From Pseudomonadota bacterium (lineage in GTDB: Bacteria > Pseudomonadota > Alphaproteobacteria > Rhodobacterales > Rhodobacteraceae), in assembly GCA_029567145.1 (NCBI GenBank), contig JAKQLM010000646.1:1-49918 (forward strand): a DNA stretch of 49,918 nt. Reading direction: 5' to 3'. The position numbers and the translations under genes are program-made. How positions within the stretch are numbered: position 1 is the first letter of the stretch; every line of letters begins with the position of its first letter. This document shows positions 9,385 through 19,107 of this stretch, piece by piece. Under the pieces are notes generated by a model. That model was not told where the DNA came from and searched no databases. It saw only the letters and a list, made by a program, of their open reading frames with translations.

Positions 9385-10620
9385 CTATTCAATTCCGCGC
9401 ACTTCCCGGACCCAGGCGACGATAAGCTCGCGCGATTCCTGGTCCATCTGGACGGCATTGGGCGGAGGCATGGCATGGCTCAGGCCCGCGTGCAGGTAGA
9501 TTTGATCGGCATGCCGGGCGACGTCGCCCGGCGTTTCAAGATACACTCCTTTCGGAGCCCAGAGGATGTTCGTCCAGGCCGGCTCGCGTGCGTGGCACAT
9601 CGAGCAGTTGCCGATCACCACATTATAGGCATCCTCGAACCCTTCCGCCGAAGCATAGACTTGCTCCTGGCTTGTAAGTTCGCGGGCCTCGGCTTCTTCA
9701 AGGGTCGGGCCGGTTCTGACCGTCGACAACCAGGCAATGACAATCATCAGGATTACAGTGACGGCCCAGGTCCAGTGAGGGCCTTTTCCGGTCTTGTGCA
9801 TGGTGTTGAAGTAATGCCGGATCGTTACCCCGGTCAGGAACACAAGGCAGGCGATGATCCAGCTGTACTCGGTGCCGAAGGCCAGCGGATAGTGGTTCGA
9901 CAGCATCAGAAAGACGACCGGCAAAGTCAGGTAGTTGTTGTGGGTCGAGCGCAGCTTTGCGATCTTGCCGTATTTCGCATCCGGTGTCCGCCCCGCCTTG
10001 AGATCGGCCACGACGATCCGCTGGTTCGGCATGATCTGAAAGAACACGTTGCCGGTCATGATCGTGGCGGTGAACGCCCCCAGGTGCAGCAGCGCGGCGC
10101 GGCCGGTGAAGATCTGGTTGTAGCCCCAAGCCATCGCGACCAGAATCCCGAACAGGATCAGCATCAGCGTCGTCGGGCTTTCCCCAAGCTTTGACTTGCA
10201 AAGCTGGTCATAGGCAAGCCAGCCAATGGTCAGGGATCCAGCGGAAATCAGGATGCCTTGCAACAGGGTCAGTTCGGCCCTGGTCGGATCAAGCAGGAAC
10301 AGCTCGCCCCCGACCCAGTAGACGATCATAAGAAGGGCAGCGCCCGAAAGCCAGGTGGAGTAGCTTTGCCATTTGTGCCAGGTCAGATGCTCGGGCATCT
10401 GCGAGGGCGCGACCAGATACTTGACGGTGTGATAGAAACCGCCCCCGTGAACTTCCCATTCCTCGCCATAAGCACCCTTTGGCAGGTCAGGGTTCGGTTT
10501 CAGCATCAGGTCAAGCGCGATGAAGTAAAAGGATGCACCGATCCAGGCCATCGCCGTGATGACGTGCAACCAGCGTACCGAGAATGCGATCCAGTCCCAG
10601 ATTATGGCCAAGTCGTACAT
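9385..10620 (-). CDS. puuD: Integral-membrane cytochrome c urate hydroxylase
   Basis: RWLHVITAMAWIGASFYF, WEVHGGGFY, RSTHNNYLTLPV, SNHYP; C-terminal CxxCH (CSMCH). Confidence 0.93.
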   Translation of the reverse strand: MYDLAIIWDWIAFSVRWLHVITAMAWIGASFYFIALDLMLKPNPDLPKGAYGEEWEVHGGGFYHTVKYLVAPSQMPEHLTWHKWQSYSTWLSGAALLMIVYWVGGELFLLDPTRAELTLLQGILISAGSLTIGWLAYDQLCKSKLGESPTTLMLILFGILVAMAWGYNQIFTGRAALLHLGAFTATIMTGNVFFQIMPNQRIVVADLKAGRTPDAKYGKIAKLRSTHNNYLTLPVVFLMLSNHYPLAFGTEYSWIIACLVFLTGVTIRHYFNTMHKTGKGPHWTWAVTVILMIVIAWLSTVRTGPTLEEAEARELTSQEQVYASAEGFEDAYNVVIGNCSMCHAREPAWTNILWAPKGVYLETPGDVARHADQIYLHAGLSHAMPPPNAVQMDQESRELIVAWVREVRGIE

Positions 10621-10719
10621 GGTTCCCTCCCAAGCTCCACGATAAGGTACAGACTAGGACCAGATTGATTATTCTGGTATTGATCGTGCAAACCAAGCAG
10701 CATCAAAAAAAGCCGAACA

Positions 10720-11649
10720 ATGTCCTACCTCGAGAATGTCCGCACCTTCGTCAGAGTATACGAACTTGGAAGCATGTCAGCAGCCGGTCGAGACCTGCGT
10801 ATCTCGCCAGCCGTAACCTCGTCGCGGATATCCCAGCTTGAAGAGCATCTTGGCATCCGCCTGTTTCAACGGACAACCCGGAATCTGACGCCGACCGAGC
10901 AGGGAAAGGCCTTTTATCGCGGCTCGGTGGACATCCTGGAGGCAGTCGAGAACGCTGAAGCGCAGGTTGCGAACATTACGGTGAACCTGCGCGGTTCGAT
11001 CTTCATTGCGGCCCCGCTGGGCGTCGGACGGCGGCTTATCGCACCACGGCTCCCGACCTTCCTTGACAAATACCCCGAGGTCAACGCCCGTCTGCGGCTG
11101 ACGGACCGCAAGGTCGATCTGACCGCAGAGGGGCTGGATCTGGCCTTTTTCCTGGGGCAACCGGAAGACAGCAACCTGAAGATCCGGAAGATCGCGGACG
11201 TGTCGCGGGTGCTGTGTGCTGCGCCCGGATATCTGGAACGGCGCGGAATGCCCCGCAACGGCGATGAGCTGATTTCCCAAGGGCATGAGTGCATGAACCT
11301 GCGATTCCCCGGAGCTACAGAGTTTCGCTGGCTGCTGAATACGCCGACAGGACCGAAGCGGTTTCGCATTTCCGGTCGCTACGAATGCGACGATGGCGAT
11401 GTCTTGACGGAGTGGGCGCTGTCGGGCGCAGGCATCGCGATGAAGCCGGTCTTTGAGGTCGCAGAGCACCTCAAATCCGGCAGGCTGATTGTCGTGGCAC
11501 CCGAGACCCCACCCGAGCCGGTTCAGATGGCATGCCTATTCGCACACCGCCGAGGGCAGGACCCGAAGGTCCGGCTGTTCATGGAGTTCATGATCGAAAA
11601 GATAGCCGTCGACATTGGCACCACCGTGCTTCACGCTGACGCTTCCTAG
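10720..11649 (+). CDS. LysR-family transcriptional regulator
   Basis: N-terminal HTH (GSMSAAGRDL...LEEHLGIRLFQRTTR); divergent from puuD. Confidence 0.95.
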   Translation: MSYLENVRTFVRVYELGSMSAAGRDLRISPAVTSSRISQLEEHLGIRLFQRTTRNLTPTEQGKAFYRGSVDILEAVENAEAQVANITVNLRGSIFIAAPLGVGRRLIAPRLPTFLDKYPEVNARLRLTDRKVDLTAEGLDLAFFLGQPEDSNLKIRKIADVSRVLCAAPGYLERRGMPRNGDELISQGHECMNLRFPGATEFRWLLNTPTGPKRFRISGRYECDDGDVLTEWALSGAGIAMKPVFEVAEHLKSGRLIVVAPETPPEPVQMACLFAHRRGQDPKVRLFMEFMIEKIAVDIGTTVLHADAS

Positions 11650-11999
11650 CTGCCTCGATACGTCGAATACCCGAATGGAGAGAGCAGCAGCGGCACATGA
11701 TAGTGCGTCGGAGAGGACATGCCGAAGCGCAGCGGGATCAGATCCAGAAAGCGCGGCTCTTCCGGTGGCACCCCGGTCGCATCGAGGTAGGCGCCCGCGT
11801 GGAACACCAGTTCGTACTCGCCGGTCTGGAACTCTTCGCTCGGCAGGATCTGTTTGTCCGTCCGGCCATCGTCGTTCGTGACCAGCGTTTTCAGCAGCGA
11901 ACGGTTCAGTCCTTCGATCCGAAAGAGCTCGATCTTCATGCCTTCAGCCGGGCCGCCCTTGGCCAGATCCAGCACGTGCGTTGTCAGGTAGCCTGTCAT
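11646..11999 (-). CDS. uraH: 5-hydroxyisourate hydrolase (transthyretin-like)
   Basis: LTTHVLD, TNDDGRTD, HYHVPLLLSP, C-terminal YRGS; start at ATG 11999 with GAGGAG RBS. Confidence 0.96.
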   Translation of the reverse strand: MTGYLTTHVLDLAKGGPAEGMKIELFRIEGLNRSLLKTLVTNDDGRTDKQILPSEEFQTGEYELVFHAGAYLDATGVPPEEPRFLDLIPLRFGMSSPTHYHVPLLLSPFGYSTYRGS

Positions 12000-12076
12000 C
12001 GGAACTCCTCTCGCTTTGGTTCGATAGTAGGGCGTAGTCGGACCAGAACACAAAGCCCGACTAGCCAAACAGTCCA

Positions 12077-12091
12077 TCAAGTTTTTTTTGA
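12077..12091. promoter_or_regulatory. Putative LysR-type box in uraH/puuE divergent promoter
   Basis: TCAA-N7-TTGA dyad in an AT-rich intergenic region. Confidence 0.4.
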
Positions 12092-12145
12092 AATAGATTT
12101 CCAGTGTTCTGATCTATTAGTAAATCAGGTTGGGAGGCCCTGGAA

Positions 12146-13558
12146 ATGTCACGATACCCGCGAGATCTGACTGGTTACGGCGAAGTGGCTCCTGCCGCCG
12201 GATGGCCGAACGGCGCAAGAATCGCAGTTCAAATCGTCCTCAACTATGAAGAGGGCGGAGAAAACAACATCCTGCACGGCGATGCCGCATCCGAGGCGTT
12301 CCTGTCCGAGATCACGGGTGCCTCGCCCTGGGTGGGCCAACGCCACTGGAACATGGAATCGATCTACGAATACGGCGCCCGGGCCGGGTTCTGGCGCGTG
12401 TTCCGCATGCTTGGCGATTTGCCGGTCACCGTCTACGGCGTGGCGACGGCGCTTGCCCGTGCCCCGGCCCAAGTTGCTGCGATGCACCGTGCCGGTTGGG
12501 AAATTGCCAGCCACGGCCTGAAATGGGTCGAACACCGCGACATGTCGGTCGAGGAAGAAAGCGCCCAGATCCTTGAAGCGATCCGGCTGCACACCGAGGT
12601 CACCGGAAAGGCGCCGCGCGGCTGGTATACCGGACGCTGCTCGATGAACACCGTCGAGCTGGCCGCCAAGCTGGGAGATTTCGCCTATATCGCTGACAGT
12701 TACGCCGACGATCTGCCCTATTGGGTCAAGGCGGGCGGCAAGGACCAGTTGATCGTTCCCTACACGATGGACTGCAACGACATGCGGTTTGCGATCCAGG
12801 CGGGCTTTACCAACGGCGAGCAGTTCGAACGCCACCTGATCGACAGCTTCGACCTTCTTTATGCCGAAGGCCAGCAGGGCGCGCCGAAGATGCTGTCGAT
12901 CGGCCTGCATTGCCGGCTGGCTGGGCGTCCCGGACGGGCGCAGGCGCTGCAGCGCGCGCTTGACCATTTCCGCAAGCATGACGGCGTCTGGTTCGCCACG
13001 CGGGAGCAGATTGCAGATCACTGGGCCAAGGCGCATCCGCCGGTCCAGACCCCGCGCCCGTCAGAGATGGACAAGCAGACCTTCGTCGCCGAATTCGGTG
13101 GCATCTTCGAGCACAGCCCCTGGATCGCCGAAGCCGCCCATGCGCTGGAGCTGGGGCCGACGCATGATTGTGCGGCCGGGGTGCACAGCGCGCTTTCCCG
13201 CATGTTCAGAACCGCATCCGACGCGCAGCGTCTGGGCGTGCTGACCGCGCACCCTGACCTTGCCGGCAAACTTGCCGTGGCAAAGCGGCTCACCGCCGAA
13301 TCGACCGCCGAACAGGCTTCGGTCGGCCTTGATGCCCTCACCGATGCCGAGCGGGCGGATTTTACCCGGATGAACGACGCCTACACGTCGAAATTCGGGT
13401 TCCCGTTCATCATCGCGGTGCGTGAAAACACCAAGTCCTCGATTCAGGCTGCATTCCAGCGGCGCATCGGCAATGACCGGGCGACCGAGCTTGCCGAGGC
13501 CTGCCGGCAGGTCGAACGCATTGCCGAACTTCGTCTGCAGGAGAAGCTGGGACAATGA
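12146..13558 (+). CDS. puuE: Allantoinase PuuE fused to OHCU decarboxylase (UraD)
   Basis: Polysaccharide-deacetylase-type N-domain (VLNYEEGGE, ESIYEYGARAGFWR, SIGLHCRLAGRPGR) plus C-domain (IFEHSPW, AHPDLAGK, FGFPFIIAV). Confidence 0.95.
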   Translation: MSRYPRDLTGYGEVAPAAGWPNGARIAVQIVLNYEEGGENNILHGDAASEAFLSEITGASPWVGQRHWNMESIYEYGARAGFWRVFRMLGDLPVTVYGVATALARAPAQVAAMHRAGWEIASHGLKWVEHRDMSVEEESAQILEAIRLHTEVTGKAPRGWYTGRCSMNTVELAAKLGDFAYIADSYADDLPYWVKAGGKDQLIVPYTMDCNDMRFAIQAGFTNGEQFERHLIDSFDLLYAEGQQGAPKMLSIGLHCRLAGRPGRAQALQRALDHFRKHDGVWFATREQIADHWAKAHPPVQTPRPSEMDKQTFVAEFGGIFEHSPWIAEAAHALELGPTHDCAAGVHSALSRMFRTASDAQRLGVLTAHPDLAGKLAVAKRLTAESTAEQASVGLDALTDAERADFTRMNDAYTSKFGFPFIIAVRENTKSSIQAAFQRRIGNDRATELAEACRQVERIAELRLQEKLGQ

Positions 13559-14043
13559 CTGACACCATCCGGATACAACCCCTGACCGCCGAGGCCTTTG
13601 CCCCGTTTGGCGACGTTCTCGACTGCGTGGGCGACCCGACCAAGCTGATCAACAACGGCATGTGTGGCCGTTACCACGACCGGGCAAAGCTTGACTTTTC
13701 CGATGGCCGCGCCGGGATCAGCCTGTTCAAGGCCAAGCTCCGCGCGCTGCCGATGCGGCTGGAGCTTGTGGAGCGTCATCCCGAAGGCAGCCAGGCCTTC
13801 CTGCCGCTGGACAGCGCGCCCTTCGTCGTGGTGGTCGCACCAGACGAAAACGGCAAGCCTGGACGGCCGCTTGCCTTCATCACCTCGCCCGGACAGGGCG
13901 TGAACTACCATCGCGGGGTTTGGCACGGTGTGCTGGCCCCCGTGTCCGGCAACGGACTTTTCGCCGTTGTCGATCGGATCGGATCGGGGGCCAATCTTGA
14001 AGAATTCCCGTTCGATAGCCCGCCGACCTTGATTTTGGAGTGA
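13555..14043 (+). CDS. allA: Ureidoglycolate lyase
   Basis: PLTAEAFAPFGDV, ERHPEGSQAFLP, GQGVNYHRGVWH, VVDR; overlaps puuE stop. Confidence 0.93.
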   Translation: MTDTIRIQPLTAEAFAPFGDVLDCVGDPTKLINNGMCGRYHDRAKLDFSDGRAGISLFKAKLRALPMRLELVERHPEGSQAFLPLDSAPFVVVVAPDENGKPGRPLAFITSPGQGVNYHRGVWHGVLAPVSGNGLFAVVDRIGSGANLEEFPFDSPPTLILE

Positions 14044-14132
14044 TCAGGGCCGGCCAATACGTCGCCGACAGACCGGGCAGGGAAGACAGAATGGGCCCAC
14101 CTGTCATGTTAGAAGCGAGGGAGGAGGAACCC

Positions 14133-15626
14133 ATGGCATCCGATGATGCAGTTCACCCGTTAGACGAAATTCTGCCACCGCCCAAGCTGTTCACGCTTGG
14201 GCTTCAACACGTCCTTGTCATGTATGCCGGCGCCGTTGCCGTGCCGCTGATCGTCGGACGCGCGCTCAAATTGCCCCCGGAAGATGTGGCCTTCCTGATC
14301 TCGGCCGACCTTTTCGTCTGCGGGATCGTGACCCTGATCCAGTCCTTCGGGGCGACGCAGTGGTTCGGGATCAAGCTGCCGGTGATGATGGGGGTGACCT
14401 TTGCCGCCGTCGGACCGGTGATCGGCTTTGCCAACGCGCAAAGCGGACCCGAAGGCGCCCAGGCGATCTTTGGTGCGATCATCGCAACGGGTATCATCTC
14501 GATGCTGATCGCACCCTTGGTGTCGAAGATGCTGCGCTTCTTCCCGCCGATCGTCACCGGCACGATCATTCTCGTGATCGGCGTCAGCCTGATGCGGATC
14601 GGCATCAACTGGATCTTCGGCAACCCCGTCGGTCCGACCGCGCCGCAGATCATCGATCCGGCACATGCTGACTGGCTGAAGGCAATCACTGACGGAGCCG
14701 CTGCGGGCACCATCACCGGCATACCGGAAATCCCTGCAGGCCTCGCGCTTGCCGCCAAGGCGAACAACCCGCTCTACGCACCGCTTGGCAGCATCGCGAT
14801 CTCGGCCATTGTGCTCATCTCGATCATCATGATCGCAAAGTTTGGCCGTGGCTTCATCGCCAACATCGCCGTTCTGCTTGGCATCATCATCGGCGGGACC
14901 ATTGCCGTTGCCCTGGGCATGATGAACTTCGACAAGGTTGGCGAAGCCGCCTGGTTCGGGATGATCACGCCTTTCCACTTCGGCATGCCGACCTTTGACC
15001 TGGTGATGATCATCACCATGGTTCTGGTCATGATCGTGGTGATGATCGAATCGACGGGCATGTTCCTGGCCCTCGGCGACATCACCGGCAAGAAGGTCGA
15101 TCAGCCGATGCTGTCTGCCGGTCTGCGGACCGACGGTCTCGGCACCCTGATCGGCGGCATCTTCAACACCTTCCCCTACACCTCTTTCAGCCAGAACGTC
15201 GGGCTTGTCGGCGTGACCGGGGTGAAAAGCCGCTTCGTCTGCGTGGCTGGCGGTCTGATCATGATCGTGCTGGGGTTGATGCCGAAGATGGGCGCGCTGG
15301 TCGAATCCGTTCCGACCATGGTGCTTGGCGGTGCGGGCCTGGTGATGTTCGGCATGGTTGCGGCCACTGGTATCCGCATCCTGGCCAAGGTCGACTTCGC
15401 GGGCAATCGCAACAACCTGTTCATCGTCGCGATCTCGATCGGCTTCGGGATGATCCCGCTGATCGCGCCGAACTTCAAGATGTGGATGCCCCACTCGATC
15501 CACCCGCTGATCGAAAGCGGCATCCTTCTGGCGTCGATCGTCGCAGTTGCCCTGAACGCCTTCTTCAACGGTGCCAAGGGCTCGGTCGAGGAAGCAAAGG
15601 CAGCAGCTTCGGCAGCCGACCACTGA
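14133..15626 (+). CDS. NCS2/NAT family xanthine/uric acid permease
   Basis: LGLQHVLVMYAG and NAT signature FSQNVGLVGVTG; GGAGGA RBS before ATG 14133. Confidence 0.93.
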   Translation: MASDDAVHPLDEILPPPKLFTLGLQHVLVMYAGAVAVPLIVGRALKLPPEDVAFLISADLFVCGIVTLIQSFGATQWFGIKLPVMMGVTFAAVGPVIGFANAQSGPEGAQAIFGAIIATGIISMLIAPLVSKMLRFFPPIVTGTIILVIGVSLMRIGINWIFGNPVGPTAPQIIDPAHADWLKAITDGAAAGTITGIPEIPAGLALAAKANNPLYAPLGSIAISAIVLISIIMIAKFGRGFIANIAVLLGIIIGGTIAVALGMMNFDKVGEAAWFGMITPFHFGMPTFDLVMIITMVLVMIVVMIESTGMFLALGDITGKKVDQPMLSAGLRTDGLGTLIGGIFNTFPYTSFSQNVGLVGVTGVKSRFVCVAGGLIMIVLGLMPKMGALVESVPTMVLGGAGLVMFGMVAATGIRILAKVDFAGNRNNLFIVAISIGFGMIPLIAPNFKMWMPHSIHPLIESGILLASIVAVALNAFFNGAKGSVEEAKAAASAADH

Positions 15627-15649
15627 TCGGCACGCAATTGACAACGAAT

Positions 15650-15681
15650 AGGCCCCCAGGTGGAAACCTGGGGGCCTTCTT
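15650..15681 (+). terminator. Intrinsic terminator of puuE-allA-permease operon
   Basis: AGGCCCCCAGGT-GGAA-ACCTGGGGGCCT 12-bp stem followed by TCTT. Confidence 0.75.
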
Positions 15682-15685
15682 AATT

Positions 15686-15724
15686 CCGCAATCCGGGGCC
15701 GCAATCCCGGGCCGCAATCCCGGA
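15686..15724. repeat. 3 x 13-bp tandem repeat
   Basis: CCGCAATCCGGGG / CCGCAATCCCGGG / CCGCAATCCCGGA. Confidence 0.8.
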
Positions 15725-15734
15725 TCGGGCCAAG

Positions 15735-15770
15735 AAAAAAGCCAGCCGCCGGTTTTCACCAGCGGCTGGC
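15735..15770 (-). terminator. Intrinsic terminator after malic enzyme (end of extended bhc operon)
   Basis: GCCAGCCGC...GCGGCTGGC stem preceded by A6 (U-tract on minus strand). Confidence 0.8.
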
Positions 15771-15795
15771 CCGGTAGCCGGGGCTCCTTTGTGCG

Positions 15796-18072
15796 TCAAG
15801 CGTAGCTGGACACGTCCGCGCTTGCCAGCGCCACGATGTTTAACAGCCCGCGCGGGGTCACACCCGGGGTCACGATATGGGCCCGGTTGCCCATGCCCAT
15901 CAGGATCGGGCCGACCTCAAGACCGCCCGCAACGCTTTTCAAGAGGTTGCGCGCCGCCCCCGCCGCATCGGTGTTGGCATAGACCAGCACATTGGCGCGC
16001 CCAGCAAGCCGGTTTCCGGGCAACAGCCGCTCACGCAGCACCGGGTCAAGAGCCGCATCGGTATGCATCTCGCCTTCGTATTCAAAGTTCAGCGACTGGC
16101 TGTCCAGGATCTCCAACGCGCCCCGCATCGCGCGGCCCGACTGGCTGTCCAGGTTGCCGAACTGCGACCCCGAGCAAAGTGCGATCTTCGGTTCGACGCC
16201 AAAGCGGCGAACATGGCGGGCCGCAGCGATGACGGTGCGCGCCAGCGTTTCCGGGGTCTGCTGGATGTTCACATGGGTATCGGTAACGAAAAGCGGACCC
16301 TGATCCAGAATGATCAGCGACAAGGCTGCGGCGGGCGACAGGCTGTCGGTCTGCAGAAGCTGCGTCACATAGCCGAGGTGCCAGAGATATTGCCCGAAGG
16401 TGCCGCAGACCATGCTGTCGGCGTCGCCGCGATGGACCATCGTTGCGGCAATCGCGGTGGTATTGGTGCGCATCACCGCCTTTGCAATGTCAGGGGTGAC
16501 ACCGCGGCGGCGCATGACCGCGTGGTAGGTCTGCCAATAGTCCCGATAGCGATCATCGCTTTCCGGGTTCACGATGTCGAAGTCCCGGCCCGGCTGGATC
16601 GCCAGCGCCGCCCGGTCGATCCGCTGGGCGATCACCTCGGGTCGTCCGACGAGGATTGGCCTAGTGAACCGGTCTTCTGTCATGGTCTGGACAGTTCGCA
16701 GAACGCGGTCGTCCTCGCCTTCGGCAAAGACGATCCGGCGCGTGGACTTGCGCGCCACTTCGAACACACCGCGCATCAGCATCGACGAGCGATAGACCTC
16801 GGCTTCAAGCTGCTGCCGGTAGGCGTCGAGGTCAAGGATGCGACGTGCCGCCCCCGACTCGATGGCGGCCTTGGCGACGGCGACGGCAATCGTCGGAAGC
16901 AGTCGGCGGTCAAACGGTTTCGGGATCAGATATTCCGGCCCGAAAGCCAGACGCTCGCCTTCGTAGGCTTCGCCGACTTCGGCGGTTGTCGTCTGCCGTG
17001 CCAGCGACGCGATGGCGTCGATGCAGGCCAGCTTCATCGCGTCGTTGATTTCCTGCGCTTCGGCATCCAGCGCGCCGCGGAAGATGAACGGGAAACACAG
17101 GACGTTGTTCACCTGGTTCGGATAGTCCGAGCGACCCGTCGCGATCATCGCCCCGGGAGACGCAAGGCGTGCCTGCTCGGGCATGATCTCGGGGACCGGG
17201 TTTGCCAGCGCGAAGATGATCGGCTTGTTCGCCATTCCCTTGACCAGCTCGGGTGCCAGCGCGCCGGGGCCGGACAGGCCCAGAAACATGTCAGCGCCTT
17301 TCAGCGCGGTTTCAAGCGTCGTCCCTTCCGGGGCGTTGGCCAGCAGCATCTGTTCTGGTGCCAGGTCATTGCGCCCGGCATGCAGCACGCCCGAACGGTC
17401 GAACACGGTGATGTTGGCCAGCGGAACCCCCATCTTGTGCAGCATCGTCAGACAGGCGACACCGGCCGCACCTGCGCCCAAAGCCACGATGTGGATGTCT
17501 TCGACACGCTTGCCCGCGATCTGAAAGGCGTTCTGGGCAGCGGCGGACACCACGATCGCCGTGCCGTGCTGGTCATCATGGAAAACGGGGATCTTCATCC
17601 GCTCGCGGCAAAGCCGCTCGACGATGAAACACTCGGGCGCCTTGATGTCTTCAAGGTTCACGGCACCGAAGGTCGGTTCAAGCCGGCAGATCAGGTCGGC
17701 CAGACGCTCGGGATCGGGCTCGTCCACCTCGATGTCGAAGCAGTCGATCCCGGCGAACTTCTTGAACAGAACCGCCTTGCCTTCCATAACCGGCTTCGAG
17801 GCCAATGCCCCGATATTGCCAAGCCCAAGGACCGCCGTCCCGTTCGAGATCACCGCTACAAGGTTGCGTTTCGCGGTATAGCGCGTCGCGGTGGAGGGGT
17901 CGGCGGCAATGGAGGTGCAGGCCTCGGCCACACCCGGGGAATAGGCGCGCGCCAGGTCCCGGGCGGTGGCCATCGGTTTCGTCGGCCGGATTTCCAGTTT
18001 TCCCGGCTTGGGGAATTCGTGGTAGTCCAGTGCCGCCTGTCGTTCGGTTTCCAGCTTCGAGTGTTCCTGCAT
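15796..18072 (-). CDS. maeB: Hybrid malic enzyme with phosphotransacetylase-like domain (MaeB/DME/TME type)
   Basis: [54 protein letters not shown]; PTA domain VFAEGED...EGEMHTD; GGAGGA RBS before 18072. Confidence 0.93.
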   Translation of the reverse strand: MQEHSKLETERQAALDYHEFPKPGKLEIRPTKPMATARDLARAYSPGVAEACTSIAADPSTATRYTAKRNLVAVISNGTAVLGLGNIGALASKPVMEGKAVLFKKFAGIDCFDIEVDEPDPERLADLICRLEPTFGAVNLEDIKAPECFIVERLCRERMKIPVFHDDQHGTAIVVSAAAQNAFQIAGKRVEDIHIVALGAGAAGVACLTMLHKMGVPLANITVFDRSGVLHAGRNDLAPEQMLLANAPEGTTLETALKGADMFLGLSGPGALAPELVKGMANKPIIFALANPVPEIMPEQARLASPGAMIATGRSDYPNQVNNVLCFPFIFRGALDAEAQEINDAMKLACIDAIASLARQTTTAEVGEAYEGERLAFGPEYLIPKPFDRRLLPTIAVAVAKAAIESGAARRILDLDAYRQQLEAEVYRSSMLMRGVFEVARKSTRRIVFAEGEDDRVLRTVQTMTEDRFTRPILVGRPEVIAQRIDRAALAIQPGRDFDIVNPESDDRYRDYWQTYHAVMRRRGVTPDIAKAVMRTNTTAIAATMVHRGDADSMVCGTFGQYLWHLGYVTQLLQTDSLSPAAALSLIILDQGPLFVTDTHVNIQQTPETLARTVIAAARHVRRFGVEPKIALCSGSQFGNLDSQSGRAMRGALEILDSQSLNFEYEGEMHTDAALDPVLRERLLPGNRLAGRANVLVYANTDAAGAARNLLKSVAGGLEVGPILMGMGNRAHIVTPGVTPRGLLNIVALASADVSSYA

Positions 18073-18111
18073 TGGTTGTCCTCCTTCGTTCATGCTTGCC
18101 GGCGTTCATGC

Positions 18112-19107
18112 TCACCGGCTTGCCATCAGTTTCGCCGTCTCCAGCATCCGTGCCGAGAAGGCCCATTCGTTGTCGTACCAGCCAAGGATGCGAAGCTGCT
18201 TGCACCCGATGGACCGCGTCTCTGGCAGCGCGATCACCAGCGACTCGGGGCGTCCCCGGTAGTCCGATGACACGCAGGGGTCCTCGCACAGGCCGACCAG
18301 CGACGAACCGGCAAAGGCCGCGCGCAGGAAATCGGGAAACGGCTCTTCGGGGTCTTCGGCAAGCTGCACGACAGCATCGACGGCCGAAACGGAAAGGCAT
18401 GGCACCCGCAAGGCCGATACCGTCAGTCTGCCCGCGAATTCGGGCAGGACACGCGTGACCTGCTCGGCGGCGCTGGTCGTTGTGGGGACCATCGAAACCG
18501 CGGCGGCGCGGCTTCTTTCCGGGGGCCCGTTCGGCTGGTCAACCGTGGGCTGGCTGCCCGTATAGCAATGCACGGTCGTCACATGTGCCCGTTCGATCCC
18601 AAGGCCCAGATCCAGGATCCGCAGCAGGGGCGCGATGGCGTTGGTGGTGCACGAGGCGTTGGACACGATCCGGGCATCGCGAAGATCCTGATCATTGGCA
18701 CCAATCACGATGGTCTGATCGGCCGTCGCAGACGGGCCCGAGATCAGCACCTTGGACGCCCCTGCCGCAATCCCGGCTTCGGCAAAGGCGCGCACGCCGG
18801 CCTTTCCCGTGCAGTCAAGCACCACGTCAACATCCCTCAGGTCCAGTGTGCGCAAATCGGGGGCATGGGTCACCGGGATCAGCCGCCCCCGGATCAGCAG
18901 TCCGTTGGACTGGGCTTCAATCGGAAAAGGGAAGTTTCCATAAACGGAATCATAGCGCAGAAGGTAGGCGCAGGTGTCGAAGGACGCGATGTCGTTGATG
19001 CCGGCGATCTCGACCCGCGCGCCACCATGCCCGCATAGAATCTGGCGTGTCAGGGTGCGACCGATGCGGCCAAAGCCGTTGATGAAGACCCGCAGCTTTC
19101 GGCTCAT
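18112..19107 (-). CDS. Divergent type I glyceraldehyde-3-phosphate dehydrogenase family protein
   Basis: INGFGRIGR, SNASCTTN, TTVH, WYDNEW; start ATG 19107 overlaps ureI stop. Confidence 0.88.
   Translation of the reverse strand: MSRKLRVFINGFGRIGRTLTRQILCGHGGARVEIAGINDIASFDTCAYLLRYDSVYGNFPFPIEAQSNGLLIRGRLIPVTHAPDLRTLDLRDVDVVLDCTGKAGVRAFAEAGIAAGASKVLISGPSATADQTIVIGANDQDLRDARIVSNASCTTNAIAPLLRILDLGLGIERAHVTTVHCYTGSQPTVDQPNGPPERSRAAAVSMVPTTTSAAEQVTRVLPEFAGRLTVSALRVPCLSVSAVDAVVQLAEDPEEPFPDFLRAAFAGSSLVGLCEDPCVSSDYRGRPESLVIALPETRSIGCKQLRILGWYDNEWAFSARMLETAKLMASR

Noticed and set aside
12146-13558. PuuE-UraD fusion as a novelty
   Set aside because: This fusion is already known in alphaproteobacteria; listed as a feature only
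15686-15724. Short repeats as a possible CRISPR array
   Set aside because: 13-bp units are contiguous with no spacers, and no cas genes are present
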